Both the position numbers and the translations under genes were made by a program. 64,000 nt of DNA, taken from NCBI GenBank assembly GCA_963682135.1, contig OY821645.1, positions 896,001 to 960,000 of the forward strand, given 5' to 3'. The notes under the pieces are model-generated. The model saw nothing but the letters and a program-made list of their open reading frames with translations. It was not told the origin of the DNA and searched no databases. Positions 18,285 through 28,237 of this stretch are shown one piece after another. How positions within the stretch are numbered: the first letter of the stretch is position 1; every line of letters begins with the position of its first letter. This DNA comes from Methanothrix sp. Its GTDB lineage: Archaea; Halobacteriota; Methanosarcinia; Methanotrichales; Methanotrichaceae.

Positions 18285-19181
18285 ATGAAAAAGGCAGATG
18301 CAAAAGGGCCATCACAGCCACTCGCAGAAGTATTTGGCCACCTGGTTAATGATCAGACTAGCAAAGCTGTCAGGTATCGATCACTTCGGCTTTGTCCGTT
18401 TAATAATAAAGTTCCAAACTGCACCAAGGACAAAGCAAAGAATCCACTTGGTGTATGCAGTATCTATTATTGCAGCAGTCCGGTCATCACCTGCCCAATA
18501 AGATTTCGTGAAGAATGGATAATTACCGACGACGCTGCATCATTTTTCTTTGGAAAGGACGCAACGTGGAGTTCCTTGACAGAAGTCAGGCTGAATGATG
18601 CTAACGGCAAAACTGCTGGAAATATCGATGTTGTCCTTGTTGCTTATGACGATGCAGGAAAAGTTTACGATTTTGGTGCTCTTGAGATACAGGCAGTCTA
18701 TATTTCAGGCAACGTGCGCGAGCCATTTGAGTATTATATACAAGATCCATCAGGCCGCTCATCTATGGACTGGTCAGAAGAGCCCAATTATCCCAGGCCG
18801 GACTTTCTTTCTTCATCCCGCAAACGATTGGTTCCGCAGCTTCTTTTTAAAGGCGGCATTCTCCATAGCTGGGGAAAAAAGACCGCTGTGGCTCTGAGCA
18901 AGGATTTCTTTGACACTTTGCCTCCATTGGAGCACGTCAGCAAAAACGAGGCTGATATAGCCTGGCTGGTTTATGACTTGCAGCTTGTCGATTATTGCGG
19001 ACAAGAAAGGTATGCTCTTAAAAAAGTCGAAGAGGTTTATACACAATTTGAAACATCACTGAAATCAATTACTACACCATTGCCCGGAAAAATTGATGAT
19101 TTTCTAAAACGCCTTCAAAATAAGCTTGATGAGCAGCTTGAGACTGCACCTGTGAATAATACTATCGAAGGGGTTTTCTAA
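18285..19181 (+). CDS. NotI-family type II restriction endonuclease
   Basis: CPF...CTK...GVCSI...CPIRF four-Cys cluster, GNIDVVL...LEIQAVYISG, KRLVPQL. Confidence 0.8.
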   Translation: MKKADAKGPSQPLAEVFGHLVNDQTSKAVRYRSLRLCPFNNKVPNCTKDKAKNPLGVCSIYYCSSPVITCPIRFREEWIITDDAASFFFGKDATWSSLTEVRLNDANGKTAGNIDVVLVAYDDAGKVYDFGALEIQAVYISGNVREPFEYYIQDPSGRSSMDWSEEPNYPRPDFLSSSRKRLVPQLLFKGGILHSWGKKTAVALSKDFFDTLPPLEHVSKNEADIAWLVYDLQLVDYCGQERYALKKVEEVYTQFETSLKSITTPLPGKIDDFLKRLQNKLDEQLETAPVNNTIEGVF

Positions 19182-20089
19182 TGACTGCGACCAGACAAGC
19201 GGTACTCTTCCCGGAATCAGAAAATTTCTTTGCTGCAAAACCGGTAAATGTGGCTTGCGTTCCCCTAAGAAGCCCTTTTCGCTATCCAGGAGGAAAGACC
19301 TGGTTTGTTCCTACATTTAGAGAATGGATGAACCAAAAGCATCCAAAACCAAAGGTGCTCATTGAACCATTTGCCGGCGGAGGGATCATCAGCCTCACGG
19401 CTCTATTCGAGAACCATGTCGATAGTGTGGTCATGGTTGAACTTGATGATGATGTAGCGGCGGTCTGGCAATCCGTGATTGGAGGGGATTTGCAATGGCT
19501 GGCAGATCGCATCATGTCTTTTTATTTGTCTCGCGAATCAGTGATTTCAGAGCTTTCCACATCGGCATTCGAGATCAAAGAACGGGCTTTTAAAACCATA
19601 TTGAAAAACCGAACATTCCACGGCGGTGTGCTGGCTAAGGGTTCAGGTCTAATCAAGTCTGGTGAGAACGGAAAAGGCATACGATCCCGATGGTATCCTA
19701 AAACATTAGCCAAGAGGCTTCTAAATCTGGAAAAGGTCTCTCACAGAATTGATTTTCGCTCAGAAGACGGTTTGAAAGTCATGCGAAGCTTTTCGGAAAG
19801 TGAGGATGCAGTATTCTTCATCGATCCCCCTTACACGGCGGGTGGAAAGAAAGCAGGGAAAAGGCTCTATAAATATTGCGATATCGATCATGAGGGATTA
19901 TTTACCATATGCGAGTCGCTGAAAGGAGATTTCTTGATGACCTATGATAATGCCGATGAGGTAAAAGAGATGGCTAAACGTCACGGATTTTCTATTCGCT
20001 TAATTCCCATGAAGAACACTCATCATGCACAAATGCAGGAGCTTGTCATTGGCAGAGACCTATCCTGGATGACCAATTGCAAGCTCTAA
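19181..20089 (+). CDS. D12-class (Dam-like) N6-adenine DNA methyltransferase
   Basis: SPFRYPGGK, EPFAGGG, FIDPPY; TAATG coupling to the endonuclease. Confidence 0.9.
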   Translation: MTATRQAVLFPESENFFAAKPVNVACVPLRSPFRYPGGKTWFVPTFREWMNQKHPKPKVLIEPFAGGGIISLTALFENHVDSVVMVELDDDVAAVWQSVIGGDLQWLADRIMSFYLSRESVISELSTSAFEIKERAFKTILKNRTFHGGVLAKGSGLIKSGENGKGIRSRWYPKTLAKRLLNLEKVSHRIDFRSEDGLKVMRSFSESEDAVFFIDPPYTAGGKKAGKRLYKYCDIDHEGLFTICESLKGDFLMTYDNADEVKEMAKRHGFSIRLIPMKNTHHAQMQELVIGRDLSWMTNCKL

Positions 20090-20127
20090 TAAACCAGAAG
20101 CTCGATTGCAGGATATGAAGAGTCATT

Positions 20128-21498
20128 ATGAGTGAAGACAATTTTGAGAATCCCGAGAATCCCCAAGACAACATCATTGATACAGCCAGGAAGATCATCA
20201 GCCTTGGACCTATCTGCGACAATTGCCTGGGCCGCCAGTTCGCCATGCTCTCCACCGGCCTTACCAATGCCGAACGTGGCCGCTCCCTCAAGACAGTGCT
20301 GGCCATGCAGGCTGCAGCTGACGAGGACGCAGCCCTGCTGGAAGTGCTGGCGCCATCCTTCCGATCGGCGCGCCTCAAGCTGGGCCGCAAGAATGAGGAG
20401 GATGCCCGCTGCACCGTTTGCCTGGGCGAGATGGCCGGCGCAAACCTGGACGCCTGGGCGGACAAAGCGGCTGCGGCCATCGCTGATCGGGAGATTGAGA
20501 CCCTGGTGGTGGGCACCAAGATGTCCGGCCTCCTGGCTGAGAATGAGGAGCTACTGCTGGCCGATGGCGGCAGCACCCACGCCGAGCCCTTCAAGTCGGA
20601 GCTGAATCGCGAGGTGGGAAAGAGGCTTTCCACGTTGACCGCAAAGACAGTTGATCTGAAGAACCCGGATGTGGTGGTTCACCTAAATTTGGAGAAAGGC
20701 GAGGTGGAGCTACAGGTCGCATCCCTCTTCATTCGGGGACGCTACCGAAAACTCGTCCGCGGCATCCCCCAAACACGCTGGCCCTGTCGCGAGTGTCGCG
20801 GTCGCGGCTGCCCGCGCTGCCAGGGCACCGGCAAAATGTATCAGGAGTCAGTGGATGAGCTGATCCGCCCCGCTGTGATGGAAGCGACCGCAGCGGAAGA
20901 CACCGTCTTTCACGGCGCAGGTCGCGAGGACATCGACGCCCGCATGATAGGCACCGGTCGCCCCTTCATAGTGGAGGCGGTGCGCCCTCTCATCAGGACA
21001 ATTGATCTGGCCGCGCTGGAGGCAGAGATCAATCGCCATGCGGCAGGCAAAGTCGAGGTACTGGGCCTCGCCAAGGCGCATTCTGCAATGGTTGAAAAGA
21101 TCAAAGAGGCCACATTTGAGAAGACCTACTCCGCCCTGGTTAGGCTGGGTGCAGAGGTTTCAGAAGAAAAGCTTAAATCTGTCCTGAAAGAATTGCAAGG
21201 GCCGATCGATCAGCGTACGCCAACTCGCGTGTCTCACCGAAGAGCTGATAAGGTCAGGGTGAGGAAAGTTCATAGCGCTGATCTACTGGAGGTTACGGGC
21301 AATTTGGCCCGCATAAATATAAGAGGCGACAGCGGTCTGTATATCAAGGAGTTGATCTCCGGAGACGGTGGCAGAACCCGCCCGAACCTCGCCGAAATCC
21401 TCAAAGTCGACGCGATCGTCGAAGAATTAGATGTAATAGATGTAGGTGGAGAATCAGATGGCACATCATCACGGAATGCGGAAGAAGTCCAGAGGTAA
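20128..21498 (+). CDS. pus10: tRNA pseudouridine(54/55) synthase
   Basis: CDNCLGR, GRYRKLVRGIPQTRW, GAGREDIDARM, GLYIKELISGD. Confidence 0.95.
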   Translation: MSEDNFENPENPQDNIIDTARKIISLGPICDNCLGRQFAMLSTGLTNAERGRSLKTVLAMQAAADEDAALLEVLAPSFRSARLKLGRKNEEDARCTVCLGEMAGANLDAWADKAAAAIADREIETLVVGTKMSGLLAENEELLLADGGSTHAEPFKSELNREVGKRLSTLTAKTVDLKNPDVVVHLNLEKGEVELQVASLFIRGRYRKLVRGIPQTRWPCRECRGRGCPRCQGTGKMYQESVDELIRPAVMEATAAEDTVFHGAGREDIDARMIGTGRPFIVEAVRPLIRTIDLAALEAEINRHAAGKVEVLGLAKAHSAMVEKIKEATFEKTYSALVRLGAEVSEEKLKSVLKELQGPIDQRTPTRVSHRRADKVRVRKVHSADLLEVTGNLARINIRGDSGLYIKELISGDGGRTRPNLAEILKVDAIVEELDVIDVGGESDGTSSRNAEEVQR

Positions 21499-21748
21499 GC
21501 TGAGCAGGACAGTCAGGGCTAAGGGCAAGTCCTCGGTAGTCAGGGCGATTCAGGAGTTCGAGACGGGCGCAATGGTTCATGTAATCATCGACCCCAGCAT
21601 ACACAAGGGTATGCCTCATCCGAGGTTTCACGGAAAGACGGGCGAGGTTGTAGGAACGAGAGGTAGAGCCTTTGTCCTGAAGGTCACTGATGGCGACGCT
21701 ACCAAGACATTGATCACTTTGCCAGAACATCTGACAGCACAAAAATAG
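21458..21748 (+). CDS. rpl21e: 50S ribosomal protein L21e
   Basis: IDPSIHKGMPHPRFHGKTG. Confidence 0.95.
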   Translation: MAHHHGMRKKSRGKLSRTVRAKGKSSVVRAIQEFETGAMVHVIIDPSIHKGMPHPRFHGKTGEVVGTRGRAFVLKVTDGDATKTLITLPEHLTAQK

Positions 21749-22096
21749 ATGATTGTCAAAAGCGTATTGCAGGAGGATATCCTGACCATGGCGGAGGTCA
21801 GGGAGATCCTGGACCAGATCCGGCAAAAGCGTGCCGATGAAGCAGAAGAACTGGGTTACGAACTGCGCCGGGCTATCAGGCATGCCGATCTCTTTAGCAA
21901 GGGCACGGCAGAAGAAAGCCTAGCGATGGTAGCGGAGCTAATGAAGCTGGAAAAGATGAACAAGGTAATTGCCGTAAAGGTCGCCGACATCAGACCCGTC
22001 ACTAAGGACGAGTTGAGGGCGATTTATGCCAAGGAACGGTTCACTTTAAGCGAAGAAGAGCTCGATCGCATTTTAGAGATAGTATTCAGGGGGTAA
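21749..22096 (+). CDS. rpo4: RNA polymerase subunit Rpo4 (RpoF)
   Basis: LGYELRRA...KVADIRP...ELRAIYAKER; conserved position after rpl21e. Confidence 0.92.
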   Translation: MIVKSVLQEDILTMAEVREILDQIRQKRADEAEELGYELRRAIRHADLFSKGTAEESLAMVAELMKLEKMNKVIAVKVADIRPVTKDELRAIYAKERFTLSEEELDRILEIVFRG

Positions 22097-22102
22097 AGGC
22101 AG

Positions 22103-22684
22103 ATGCCTGAGGGGAGACCGCCGAAGAGAGAAGAGGTAGCTAGGATTCTCGATTACCTCCCCTATGGACGTACTCCAGACTCCAGGAGCTACCAAAAGCA
22201 ACCACTTATCCAGGCCGTAGGAGAAGCTAACTTCGTTCTCATGGAGATGACGCCCAAGGAAGGCGTAGTTCCAACTGCCGGGACTCGAGTCTATATTGGC
22301 AGCGGTAGCCGTGATGTCATTGATCATGTCAATCGCAGAATCGACTATTCGGAGCTCTCCAACAACGCTAAGCTTGAGCTTACTTATCAGATTGTCAGTA
22401 TAATCCTGGATAATGAGCCCCGATTCATTCGCTACTTCAATGAAGCCGGACCCATCACCACCCGTATGCATGCCTTGGAGCTGCTGCCCGGAATCGGCAA
22501 AAAGCTGATGTGGGCAGTGCTCAATGAGCGCAAGAAAGGAGCTTTCAAGAGCTTTGCCGATCTGATGGAGAGGGTGAAAGGGCTGCATAATCCCGAGAAA
22601 ATCATCTACAAGCGCGTCGAGGATGAGCTGATGGATGACAAGATCAAGTACCGCGTCTTTACCACAGCACCTCGCATGAGATGA
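22103..22684 (+). CDS. DUF655 RNA-binding protein
   Basis: LDYLPYG, ITTRMHALELLPGIGKK; conserved rpo4-DUF655-rsmA synteny. Confidence 0.9.
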   Translation: MPEGRPPKREEVARILDYLPYGRTPDSRSYQKQPLIQAVGEANFVLMEMTPKEGVVPTAGTRVYIGSGSRDVIDHVNRRIDYSELSNNAKLELTYQIVSIILDNEPRFIRYFNEAGPITTRMHALELLPGIGKKLMWAVLNERKKGAFKSFADLMERVKGLHNPEKIIYKRVEDELMDDKIKYRVFTTAPRMR

Positions 22685-23418
22685 AGCTGGGGCAGCATTT
22701 TCTCATAGATCGCGAGGCGACTATTCGTATCGCAGGCTATGCCGAGATTGGACGGGAAGACGATGTGCTGGAGATTGGGCCGGGCCCGGGAAACCTTACC
22801 CAGGCTCTGGCCTATCGAGCCGGCCAGGTTTATGCGGTGGAGATAGATCCCGAACTGGCAGCGCGGCTCTCGGGCCGTTTTTCTAATGTTCAGGTGATAA
22901 ATGCAGATGCACAAAAGGTAGAGTTTCCCCATTACAATAAGATCGTCTCCAACCTTCCTTATCAGATCTCGTCCAAGATCACCTACCGATTGCTATCCCG
23001 GCCTTTTGATACGGCAGTTTTGATGTACCAGTGGGAGTTCGCGAGGCGCATGACGGCTGCCGCGGGCAGCGAGGAGTACGGCCGTCTGGCCATGACTGTG
23101 GGTTTCTTCTGCCGCATTGAAATCATGGAGAAGGTATCCAAGATGGCTTTTCGACCTGTGCCCCAGGTTGACTCGGCAGTTGTTCGGCTCAAGCCCCGAT
23201 TGGATCGTCCTAAGGTCGACCCGTTTGACTTCATGAGGCTGGCCGAGGGGCTCTTTAATAATAGACGCAAGAAGGTAAAGAAGGGGCTGGCGGCCCTGGG
23301 AGCAGGCCGACGGGCTCTGGCGAAGCTGGACGGAGCCATTTTGGAGAGAAGGCCGGAGGAGCTAACGCCGGATGAAGCGGCGAGCTTGGTAGGGGCTATA
23401 TCCAGGAAATCCGGTTAG
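22681..23418 (+). CDS. rsmA: 16S rRNA dimethyladenosine transferase
   Basis: LGQHFL, LEIGPGPG, SNLPYQISS, FRPVPQVDS. Confidence 0.95.
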   Translation: MKLGQHFLIDREATIRIAGYAEIGREDDVLEIGPGPGNLTQALAYRAGQVYAVEIDPELAARLSGRFSNVQVINADAQKVEFPHYNKIVSNLPYQISSKITYRLLSRPFDTAVLMYQWEFARRMTAAAGSEEYGRLAMTVGFFCRIEIMEKVSKMAFRPVPQVDSAVVRLKPRLDRPKVDPFDFMRLAEGLFNNRRKKVKKGLAALGAGRRALAKLDGAILERRPEELTPDEAASLVGAISRKSG

Positions 23419-23425
23419 GGAACAA

Positions 23426-24598
23426 ATGAATAGAGATAAAATCAGCAAGAATATATTACTACTAGGATTTGTAAGCCTGCTTAACGACATCAGCAGCGAG
23501 ATCATTCAGCCTATTCTCCCGCTTTTTATCGCCTCTCTGGGAGGCAGCAGCCTGGCAGTAGGCCTCATAGGCGGCATAAGCGACGGCCTTCCCAGCCTGC
23601 TTAAAGTCCTGGCAGGATATGGGTCAGATCGACTGGGCAAGAGAAAGCCGCTTGTGGTAGCCGGTTATGCCCTCTCGGCGGTAGGCAAGCTCTTTTTGCC
23701 CGCGGCAGCTACCTGGCAGCAGGTTTTCCTGCTCAAGACCCTGGAAAGAAGCGGCAAAGGCGTGCGCTCCGCCCCCCGAGATGCCATGATCTCCGAGTCG
23801 GCCCAGGAGGGGCGACGGGGAAGGGGATTTGGGCTGCATAGAGCCATGGACTCCACAGGCGCGGTCGTGGGCTCGATACTGGCTTATCTTCTCTGGCAGG
23901 GAGGCATGAGCTACAGCTCTATCTTCATGGTGGCAGGAGTATTGTCCGTAGTGGCTCTGCTCCCCTTTTACCGTGTCAAGGAGAGCTTTCGCTCTCCGAA
24001 TTGTGAGGTCAGACTGAATCTGTCCGGGCTCTCGCCACAGCTGCGCCGCTTCCTGGCCGTTGCCAGCCTTTTCGCATTAGGCAACTTCAGCTACATGTTT
24101 TTCGTCCTGCGCGCCCAGGGGCTCTTTTCCGGGGCGGAAGCAGTGGCCGCGCCCCTCTTGCTTTATGCGCTCTTCAACCTTGTTTATGCCGCCCTGGCCA
24201 TGCCCGTTGGCATTTGGTCGGACCGGGTGGGAAGGAGAAAGGTCCTGGCCCTGGGATATGCCCTCTTTGCTCTCACCGCCCTGGGATTTGCGACTGTCAC
24301 CTCGTTAGCTGGCCTGATAGCTCTCTTTGCCCTCTACGGGCTGGTCTACGCACTGGTGGACGGCTCGGAGAGGGCGTTTGTATCCGACCTGAGCCCTGCC
24401 GGTCTGCGCGGCAGTTCTCTGGGACTTTATTACGGAGCCATAGGTGTGGCTTCCATCATTTCCAGCCTCGTGGCCGGTGCCCTCTGGGCCTGGTGGGGAG
24501 CAGAGGCGACGTTCCTCTTCGGGGCAGGAGCGGCAGGGCTGGGGGCGGTGGGGCTCATATGGGGAATGAAAAAGACGGAAGCTAAGGCTACGGCCTAA
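23426..24598 (+). CDS. MFS transporter
   Basis: About 12 TM segments, GxxSDRxGRR/KRK motif A twice. Confidence 0.9.
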   Translation: MNRDKISKNILLLGFVSLLNDISSEIIQPILPLFIASLGGSSLAVGLIGGISDGLPSLLKVLAGYGSDRLGKRKPLVVAGYALSAVGKLFLPAAATWQQVFLLKTLERSGKGVRSAPRDAMISESAQEGRRGRGFGLHRAMDSTGAVVGSILAYLLWQGGMSYSSIFMVAGVLSVVALLPFYRVKESFRSPNCEVRLNLSGLSPQLRRFLAVASLFALGNFSYMFFVLRAQGLFSGAEAVAAPLLLYALFNLVYAALAMPVGIWSDRVGRRKVLALGYALFALTALGFATVTSLAGLIALFALYGLVYALVDGSERAFVSDLSPAGLRGSSLGLYYGAIGVASIISSLVAGALWAWWGAEATFLFGAGAAGLGAVGLIWGMKKTEAKATA

Positions 24599-24645
24599 GA
24601 GCAGTACGAAAAAATATCGAGAAAAAATGCGATGAAGAATTCAAC

Positions 24646-25404
24646 TCAGCTCGAACAGGGACACCATCTCTCCAGGCCGAGCAGATATGCGACGCCTGCT
24701 GCTGTGCTCCCGTAAAACACTGTCCTGCTGTTGCAGTCGCGGGCCGCTTCCATCAGATCGTCAATGGTGCCGTTGGCAAATGTCGAGCCGGTCATCAGGA
24801 TGAGCGGGCAGCTTTCAAACATTTGCCCGGCCTGCATTCCATCCAGAACCCTCACATTGCAGCGAACTGATCCCGCCTCAGCCAGATCCGAGACCATAAC
24901 CCTTTCTGGACCGAGGGCCTGTACCAGGGCTTCCAGAAGCGCGGGCTGCAAACCTACCAGCCCTACCTTCTTTGCGCCCTGCTCCACTATCCATTCTGCC
25001 ATTGATGCTTTGCATCTCCCGGGCCCATCATCTCTGCAGTGAACCGTATGCTCGACCTTTCCCAGGTATCTGAGAGCGGCATTCATGGTTGCGATCAGCA
25101 CGGCCCGCTCGAAGAGTCCTCTGAGAGGCATCTCCAAGACATCACCCAGAGAGCCGCGAAAGCCTCCCTTTGCTGCGGTGAATGCCTGCCCAACTGCGCC
25201 CTTGTAAACGGCCTGCATGAGCACCTCTTTGCCCCGGAGGAGAGGAAAGTCATCCCTCCCGGTCTCTCCAATGGCCTCGACTACGCTGAGAGGACGACTT
25301 ATCACCAGCTCATCATGCAGATTCACAGATGCACAAACATTGATCTGCAACTTTAGCTCCGCAACAAAGCGGCTCTTTGCCTCTTGCAGCAGATCTCTTT
25401 TCAA
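24646..25404 (-). CDS. DUF364-like Rossmann-fold protein
   Basis: GAVGQAFT, NAALRYLG, TGSTFANGT; downstream of modA. Confidence 0.7.
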   Translation of the reverse strand: MKRDLLQEAKSRFVAELKLQINVCASVNLHDELVISRPLSVVEAIGETGRDDFPLLRGKEVLMQAVYKGAVGQAFTAAKGGFRGSLGDVLEMPLRGLFERAVLIATMNAALRYLGKVEHTVHCRDDGPGRCKASMAEWIVEQGAKKVGLVGLQPALLEALVQALGPERVMVSDLAEAGSVRCNVRVLDGMQAGQMFESCPLILMTGSTFANGTIDDLMEAARDCNSRTVFYGSTAAGVAYLLGLERWCPCSS

Positions 25405-25420
25405 TATCTCATCTCATGTT

Positions 25421-26224
25421 TTATTTCACCGGAACGAATCCGTATTTTTTCAGGATGGCCTGACCATCATCGGACATTATCACATCGATGAATGCCTGCG
25501 CCTCCTCTTTATGTTTTGACTGAGAGAGCACCCCCACCGGGAAATCTCCGATCACATTATATTTGTCGGGAATGAGAATCTTGGTGACCTTGCCCACCAT
25601 CTGGGGGCTGACATCGGATATGAAGGCAAATCCCGCATCTGCTTCACCCAGGGCGACTTTGGATACGACGCGATTTACAGTGGTCTCCTGGGAGACTACA
25701 TTGGCCAGAACAGACTCTTTGAAGGCAGGTCCATATTCCGGGTCAGCGGCGAGCTTATCCAGGACCTGAAGAGCATAATCCCCAGCAGGAAGCTCTTTAG
25801 TACCCATCAAGATCTTGATGCCGGGTACAGCCAGATCTTTGAGGCCCGTGATGTTGGCAGGATTGCCATTGGGCACTATTATGGCCACTTTGTTCCTGAC
25901 AAAGATCACAACGGTTTGATTATCGATAAAGCCTTCTGATTTCAAGGCGTTCATGTGCTTGAGGTTTGCTGACACCAGAACATCGGCATAAGCACCCTGC
26001 TCAATTTGGGCACGCAAAGCCGGCACGCCGTCGAAGTTGAATTTGACGCTCATGTTGCTGCTGTTCTCATAGATCTCGCCAATCTCACTCAATGCTCCCG
26101 TGAGCCCGGCACCGCAGTAAACGGTTAGATCTTGTTGCTCCTCGGCAAGGCCCGCAGATGCGATAAAAAGCAGGGCAAAGAGCAATGAAAGAGACATTAG
26201 ATAGGCTGCTTTATTGTTGGTCAT
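25421..26224 (-). CDS. modA: Molybdate/tungstate ABC transporter substrate-binding protein
   Basis: Signal peptide, QIEQGAYADVLVSAN, PAGDYA, KVALGEADAG. Confidence 0.88.
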   Translation of the reverse strand: MTNNKAAYLMSLSLLFALLFIASAGLAEEQQDLTVYCGAGLTGALSEIGEIYENSSNMSVKFNFDGVPALRAQIEQGAYADVLVSANLKHMNALKSEGFIDNQTVVIFVRNKVAIIVPNGNPANITGLKDLAVPGIKILMGTKELPAGDYALQVLDKLAADPEYGPAFKESVLANVVSQETTVNRVVSKVALGEADAGFAFISDVSPQMVGKVTKILIPDKYNVIGDFPVGVLSQSKHKEEAQAFIDVIMSDDGQAILKKYGFVPVK

Positions 26225-26363
26225 TGGAATTTCCCACCGGACGAATTTTTGTACGTCCTTTCTTCTTCATAAACATATATGATTACTATTTTTGATTACG
26301 TTAACAGAAATGATTAATCTATTAATTCTTTGCGCTTTCATTTCCAGGATTTATCAGGTGGTA

Positions 26364-26398
26364 AAAGGCCGGAGACGTTCAATTTTGCCTCCGGCCTT
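26364..26398 (-). terminator. GC-rich hairpin followed by TTTT on the minus strand
   Basis: AAGGCCGGAG...CTCCGGCCTT inverted repeat between the aldehyde dehydrogenase and modA. Confidence 0.5.
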
Positions 26399-26607
26399 CG
26401 GTCATGTCAGATGTCGGGGGATCCGACCGCAAAAGTCTGCTCCTTGAAGTGAAGTGCTTAATCTATACCGTCATTTAAGCCTCGACTCGACTCACCTCCA
26501 AGAGGCCGAAATGCCAACGGATTATAAGGAATTATTTGAGAAGATGGAGGCATTTATCGCAATCATGCAGAGGGATTGTGAAAGGGTGTGAGCCAGGGCA
26601 GGTGCGC

Positions 26608-28041
26608 TTACATCCCCAGGCGAATGTGTTTAGTCTCCAAATAGGCTTCCAGGCCATAGTGCCCCAGCTCCCGGCCCAGGCCGCTCTCCTTCCATCCGCC
26701 GAAAGGCGCTTGCAGGTCCACCACGTTGTTCACATTAACGCCGACGCCCCCCGCCTCCAGCCTCTCCGCTGCCCGCAGCGCCGTCTTGAGGTCATTAGTG
26801 AAGACGTAAGCGGCCAGGCCGTACTCGCTGTCGTTAGCCAGGGAGACTGCCTCGTCGAGCGTTTTGAATTTCATGATAGGCGCAACCGGCCCGAAGGTCT
26901 CCTCTCGCATAACCCTCATGCGGTGGTCGGCCCCGCCCAGCACTGTTGGAAGGAAGAAGTAGCCCTTTTCGTAGGCTTCGCCCCCAGGCTCCTCTCCGCC
27001 TGTGAGAAGCTCTGCCCCTTTTACAGTTGCATCAGCTACATGCTCCTTTGTCCTCTGCCGCTGTGCCCGGCTGAACATGGGCCCCAGGTCCACATCCGGC
27101 TGCATGCCGTCTCCGATCTTCAGCCTCTCGGCACGGCGCACCAGCTCTTCGGTAAACGGCTCGGCCACCTCCTCCGCCACATAAATTCGATTGACACTGA
27201 TGCAGATCTGGCCCATATTGGAGAAGGCACGCTGCGCTGCTGCAGCCGCCGCTGCCTCCAGGTCGGCATCCGCGCAGACGATGAAGGGCGACTGGCCGCC
27301 CAGCTCCAGAGAGACACGCTTGATATGTGCGGCTGCATGAGCCATTATCCAGCGACCCGTCTGCGTCTCTCCGGTAAAGGCGATCTTTCGGGAGATGGAG
27401 TTTTCCACCAGCTCGGCGCCAACAACGCCGCCGGGCCCGTGCACCACATTGGCAGCGCCCGCCGGCAGGCCGGCTTCAGAGACAGCCCGCACAAACTCCG
27501 TCGCAGCCAGAGGAGCGAGGCTGGGCGGCTTGGCCACGAAGGTGCAGCCGGCAGCGAGAGCGGGCCCGACCTTCCAGGCCAATAAGTCCACGGGAAAGTT
27601 CCAGGGGGTGATGAGAGCGGCTACGCCCACCGGCTGGCGTAGCACGATGCTGCGACTATGCGAAGAAGAGATCCACTCGCCAAAGTTTCTCTTGCCCTCT
27701 TCTGCGTAATAGTCCAGAACATCCGCCGAGGAGAGGACCTCCATCTTGGCGTTTTTTATAGGCTTTCCCATCTCCAGAGTGAGCAGTTGGGCTATCTCTT
27801 CGGCTCGCTGCCTTACCAGGTCAGCTGCAGAGTGCAAGATCTCAGCTCGCTTTTGGCAGGAGGTTGCAGACCAGATGGGAAAAGCCCTCTTGGCAGCCTC
27901 CAGGGCCAGGCAAGCATCCTGGCGCGAGCCCATGGCCACTTGAGCCACTGGCTCCTGGTTGGCTGGGTTACAAATGATCTCGGTTTTGCCGGACAAAGAG
28001 ACGACCTGTTCTCCGTTGATAAACATGTGTGATTGGTGCAT
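26608..28041 (-). CDS. NAD(P)-dependent aldehyde dehydrogenase (succinate-semialdehyde dehydrogenase-like)
   Basis: ITPWNFP, FTGET, LELGGQSP, GQICIS, EETFGP, PFGGWKESG. Confidence 0.92.
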   Translation of the reverse strand: MHQSHMFINGEQVVSLSGKTEIICNPANQEPVAQVAMGSRQDACLALEAAKRAFPIWSATSCQKRAEILHSAADLVRQRAEEIAQLLTLEMGKPIKNAKMEVLSSADVLDYYAEEGKRNFGEWISSSHSRSIVLRQPVGVAALITPWNFPVDLLAWKVGPALAAGCTFVAKPPSLAPLAATEFVRAVSEAGLPAGAANVVHGPGGVVGAELVENSISRKIAFTGETQTGRWIMAHAAAHIKRVSLELGGQSPFIVCADADLEAAAAAAAQRAFSNMGQICISVNRIYVAEEVAEPFTEELVRRAERLKIGDGMQPDVDLGPMFSRAQRQRTKEHVADATVKGAELLTGGEEPGGEAYEKGYFFLPTVLGGADHRMRVMREETFGPVAPIMKFKTLDEAVSLANDSEYGLAAYVFTNDLKTALRAAERLEAGGVGVNVNNVVDLQAPFGGWKESGLGRELGHYGLEAYLETKHIRLGM

Positions 28042-28237
28042 AACTACCTCTTGATAGTCATCGTCCAGCCTTTTAAAGCCTATTATATCTGATATAAGAA
28101 ATAGATACTTATATCAAGTATTTACATGTGTTATTGATAGTTACGTCAGCAGGATCTTTCGAAGCATCATGTGAGGAGATAGATGCCACTTGCAGGGTAA
28201 TTTCCGACGAAATCGTGCAAATTGACGGGCTGAGACG

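Noticed and set aside
26536-27585. 349-aa plus-strand ORF
   Set aside because: Antisense shadow of the aldehyde dehydrogenase
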